Under the pieces are notes generated by a model, which did no database searches, was not told the DNA's origin, and worked only from the letters and a program-made list of their open reading frames with translations. Source: the human T2T-CHM13v2.0 reference genome, Homo sapiens. From it: a stretch of 64,000 bases of DNA. This document shows, one piece after another, positions 59,659-64,000 of this stretch (the first letter of the stretch is position 1; each line of letters begins with the position of its first letter). Position numbers and translations under genes: made by a program. Location of the stretch: the NCBI RefSeq assembly GCF_009914755.1, contig NC_060947.1; one strand, given 5' to 3'.

Positions 59659-61135
59659 TTTTTTTTTATTATTATTATACTTTAAGTTTTGGGGTACATG
59701 TGCACAACATGCAGGTTTGTTACATATGTACACATATGCCATGTTGGTGTGCTGCACCCATTAACTCGTCATTTAGCATTAGGTATATCTCCTAATGCTA
59801 TCCCTCCCCACTCCCCCCACCCCACAACAGTCCCCGGTGTGTGATGTTCCCCTTCCTGTGTCCAGGTGTTCTCATTGTTCAATTCCCACCTTTGAATGAG
59901 AACATGCGGTGTTTGTTTTTTTGTCCTTGCGATAGTTTGCTGAGAATGATGGTTTCCAGCTTCATCCATGTCCCTACAAAGGACATGAACTCATCCTTTT
60001 TTATGGCTGCATAGTATTCCATGGTGTATATGTGCCACATTTTCCTAATCCAGTCTATCACTGTTGGACATTTGGGTTGGTTCCAAGTCTGCTATTGCGA
60101 ATAGTGCTGCAATAAACATATGTGTGCATGTGTCTTTGTAGCAGCATGGTTTATAATCCTTTGGGTATATACCCAGTAATGAGAGTGCTGGGTCAAATGG
60201 TATTTCTAGTTCTAGATCCCTGAGGAATCGCCACATTGACTTCCACAATGGTTGAACTAGTTTACAGTCCCAACAACAGTGTAAAAGTGTTCCTATATCT
60301 CCACATCCTCTCCAGCACCTGATGTTTCCTCACTTTTTAATGATTGCCATTCTAACTGCTAAGAGATAGTACCTCATTGTGGTTTTGATTTGCATTTCTC
60401 TGATGACCAGTGATGATGAGCATTTTTCATGTGTTCTTTGGCTGCATAAATGTCTTCTTCTGAGAAGTGTCTGTTCATATCCTTTGCCCACTTTTTGATG
60501 GGGTTGTTTGTTTTTTTCTTGTAAATTTGTTGGAATTCATTGTAGATTCTGGATATTAGCCCTTTGTCAGATGAGTAGACTGCAAAAATTTTCTCCCATT
60601 CTGTAGGTTGCCTGTTCACTCTGATGGTGGTTTCCTTTGCTGTGCAGAAGCTCTTTAGTTGAATTAGATCCCATTTGTCAATTTTGTCTTTTGTTGCCAT
60701 TGCTTTTGGTGTTTTAGACATGAAGTCCTTGCCCATGCCTATGTCCTGAATGGTATTGCCTAGGTTTTCTTCTAGGGTTTTCATGGTATTAGGTCTAACA
60801 TGTAAGTCCTTATTCCATATTGAATTAATTTTTGTAAAAGGTGTAAGGAAGGGATCCAGTTTCAGCTTTCTACATGTGGCTAGCCAGTGTTCCCCGCACC
60901 ATTTATTAAATAGGGAATCCTTTCCCCATTTCTTGTTTTTGTCAGGTTTGTCAAAGATCAGATAGTTGTAGATATGCGGCATTATTTCTGAGGGCTCTGT
61001 TCTGTTCCATTGATCTACAACTCTGTTTTGGTACCAGTACCATGCTGTTTTTGTTACTGTAACCTTGTAGTATAGTTTGAAGTCAGGTAGCATGACGCCT
61101 CCAGCTTTGTTCTTTTGGCTTAGGATTGACTTGGC
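59659..61135 (-). mobile_element. 5'-truncated L1PA3/4-like element
   Basis: T-tail ttattattatactttaagtttt, 3'UTR and ORF2 C-terminal fragment (ORF 60374-61189 runs across the junction); host text gagcatttttc...tttcatatgtttg is split. Confidence 0.92.
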
Positions 61136-61803
61136 TTTCATATGTTTGTTGGTCATTTGTATATCTTCTTTTGAGAATTGTCTATTCATGTCCTTAGCCT
61201 ATTTTTTGATGGGATTGTTTTTTTTCTTACTAATTTCTTTGTGTGCCTTGTAGATGCCGGATATTAGTGCTTTGTCATTTGTATAAGTTGTGAAAATTTT
61301 CTCCCACTCTGTGGATTCTTTACTCTGCTGACTGTTCCTTTTGCCATGCAAAAACTCTTTAGATTAATTTAGTCTCAGCTATTTATCTTTGTTTTTGTTG
61401 CATTTGCTTTTGGGATTTTGGTCATGAAGGCTTTATTTAAGTCAATCTCTATAAGGGTTTTTCCAATGTTATCTTCTAGAGTTCTTATAATTTCACGTCT
61501 TAGATTTAAGTCTCTGATCTATCTTTAGTTGATTTTGGTATAAGATGAGAGATGAGAATCCAGTTTCATTCTACATGTGGCTTCCCAATTATGTAAGCAC
61601 TGTTCGTTGAATAGGGTATCATTTACTCACTTTATGTTTTTGTTTCCTTTGTCAAAGACAAGTTGGCTGTCAGTGTTTGGGTGCATTTTTGGGTTGTCTC
61701 TTCTGTTCTATTTGTCTCTGTGTCTATTTTTATACAAGTACCATGCTGTTTTGGTGACTATAGCCTTATAGTATAGTTTGAAGTCAGGTAATCTGATGCC
61801 TCC

Positions 61804-63660
61804 ATATATATATCATATATATATCTCATATATATCTCATATATCTGATATATATCTCATATATATCTCATATATATGATATATATCTCATATATATCTC
61901 ATATATATGATATATATCTCATATATATCTCATATATATGTCATATATATGACATATATATCATATATATGTCATATATATGACATATATATCATATATA
62001 TGTCATATATATGATATATATCATATATATGATATATATCATATATATGATATATATCTCATATATATCTCATATATATGAGAGATATATGATATATAAC
62101 TCATATATATCATATATATATCATATATATCTCATATATCTCATATCTCATATATATTATATATCATATATATCATATATCATATATATCATATATATCA
62201 TATATCATATATATCATATATATCATATATCATATATATCATATATATCATATATCATATATATCATATATATCATATATCATATATATCATATATATCA
62301 TATATCATATATATCATATATATCATATATCATATATATCATATATAATATATATCATATATATCATATATAATATATATCATATATATCATATATAATA
62401 TATATCATATATATCATATATAATATATATCATATATAATATATATCATATATATCATATATAATATATATCATATATATCATATATATCACATATAATA
62501 CATATCATATATATCATATATATCACATATAATGTGATATATATCATATATAATATATATCATATATAATATATATCATATATCATATATAATATATATC
62601 ATATATATCATATATAATATATATAATATATATCATATAATATATATAATATATATCATATATAATATATATAATATATATCATATATAATATATATCAT
62701 ATATAATATATATAATATATATCATATATAATATATATCATATATAATATATATCATATATATCATATATAATATATATAATATATATCATATATGTATC
62801 ATGTATAATATGTATCATATATAATATATATCATATATATCATATATACATCATATATAATATATATCAAATATATCATATATAATATGTATAATATATA
62901 TAACATAAAATACATAATATACAATATATATAATATATATCATATATATCATATATATCATATATAATATATCATATATATCACATATATATCATATATA
63001 TAATATATCATATATATCATATATATCATATATATCATATATATCATATATAATATATCATATATCATATATATCATATATAACATATATCATATATATA
63101 ATATATATCATATATATCCTATATAACATATATCATATATATCATATATATCATATATCATATATATCGTATATCATATATATCATATATCATATATATC
63201 TTATATCATATATATTATATATCATATATCATATATATCATATATCATATATATTATATATCATATATCATATATATCATGTATCATATATATTATATAT
63301 CATATATATCATATATATTATATATCATATATATATCATATATATCATATATATCATATATATCATATATGTCATATATATATCATATATATCATATATG
63401 TATCATATATATATCATATATATCATATGTATCATATATATCATATATATCTATATATCATATATATCATATATCATATATATCATATATCATATATGTC
63501 ATATATCATATATATCATATATATCATACATATATGTATCATATATATCATATATATCATATATATATCATATATATCACATATATCATATATATATCAT
63601 ATATATCATATATATCTATATATATCATATATATCATATATGTCATCTATATCATATATA
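61804..63660. repeat. ~1.86 kb (CATATAT/CATATATAT)n AT-rich tandem array
   Basis: Directly visible; sits between atgcctcca and ttttttgcttagtcttg of L1PB ORF2. Confidence 0.97.
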
Positions 63661-64000
63661 TTTTTTTTTGCTTAGTCTTGCTTTGGCTATGCAGGCTCAT
63701 TTTTGGTTCTGTATAAATTTTAGTATTGTTTTTTCTAGTTCTGTGAAGAATGGTGATGGTATTTTTATGGGAATTGCATTAGATTTGTAGAATCCTTTTG
63801 TCAGTATAGTCATATTCACAATATTGATTCTACCCATCCTTGAGCATGGGATCTGTTTCCACTTGTTTATGTCATCTATGATTCTTTCAGCAGTGTTTTG
63901 TAGTTTACCTTGTAAAGGTACTTCGTCTCCTTGGTTAGGTGTATTTTTGTGCTTTTTTGTTTGTTTGTTTTGCAGCTATTGCAACAGTGGTTGTCAAACT

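Larger units (their letters stand above)
59060..64000 (-). mobile_element. L1PB-type element continuing past the window end, interrupted by an L1PA and a microsatellite
   Basis: 3' end gctttagggatacaagtaatttttggttacat; antisense ORF2 text resumes at ~61136 and ~63661. Confidence 0.85.

Noticed and set aside
62011-63790. Ile/Tyr/His/Ser-rich ORFs
   Set aside because: These are translations of the (CATATAT)n array, which lacks stop codons in some frames.

Overview
Primate (most likely human) intergenic DNA, very AT-rich and dominated by LINE-1. An X-chromosome-like location is only an inference from the L1 density. I find no intact protein-coding gene: nearly every listed ORF is a broken L1 ORF1/ORF2 fragment, its antisense frame, an Alu/LTR frame or a microsatellite artefact. 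The one gene-derived sequence is a processed KRAB-C2H2 zinc-finger pseudogene (about 19946-22116, +) of the ZNF91 subfamily, most similar from memory to ZNF681. The rest is nested transposons: an ancient L3/CR1 split by two MaLR LTRs, a full-length L1PA with a second L1 inside ORF2, a four-level L1 nest (29-54 kb) with two twin-priming inversions and a probable insertion-associated deletion, four Alus, an ERV1-class solo LTR, an LTR12 (ERV9) solo LTR and a ~1.86 kb (CATATAT)n array. The features best worth follow-up are an unexplained ~160 bp long-arm inverted repeat (57813-57974), a polyadenylated 3'-half tRNA-Asp retrocopy (30317-30381), the unusual isoform and finger array frozen in the ZNF retrocopy, an ~80 bp templated intra-L1 insertion, and two L1PA copies sharing variants. 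None of this demonstrates a new biological system. Subfamily names come from recalled consensus sequences and need RepeatMasker/Dfam confirmation.
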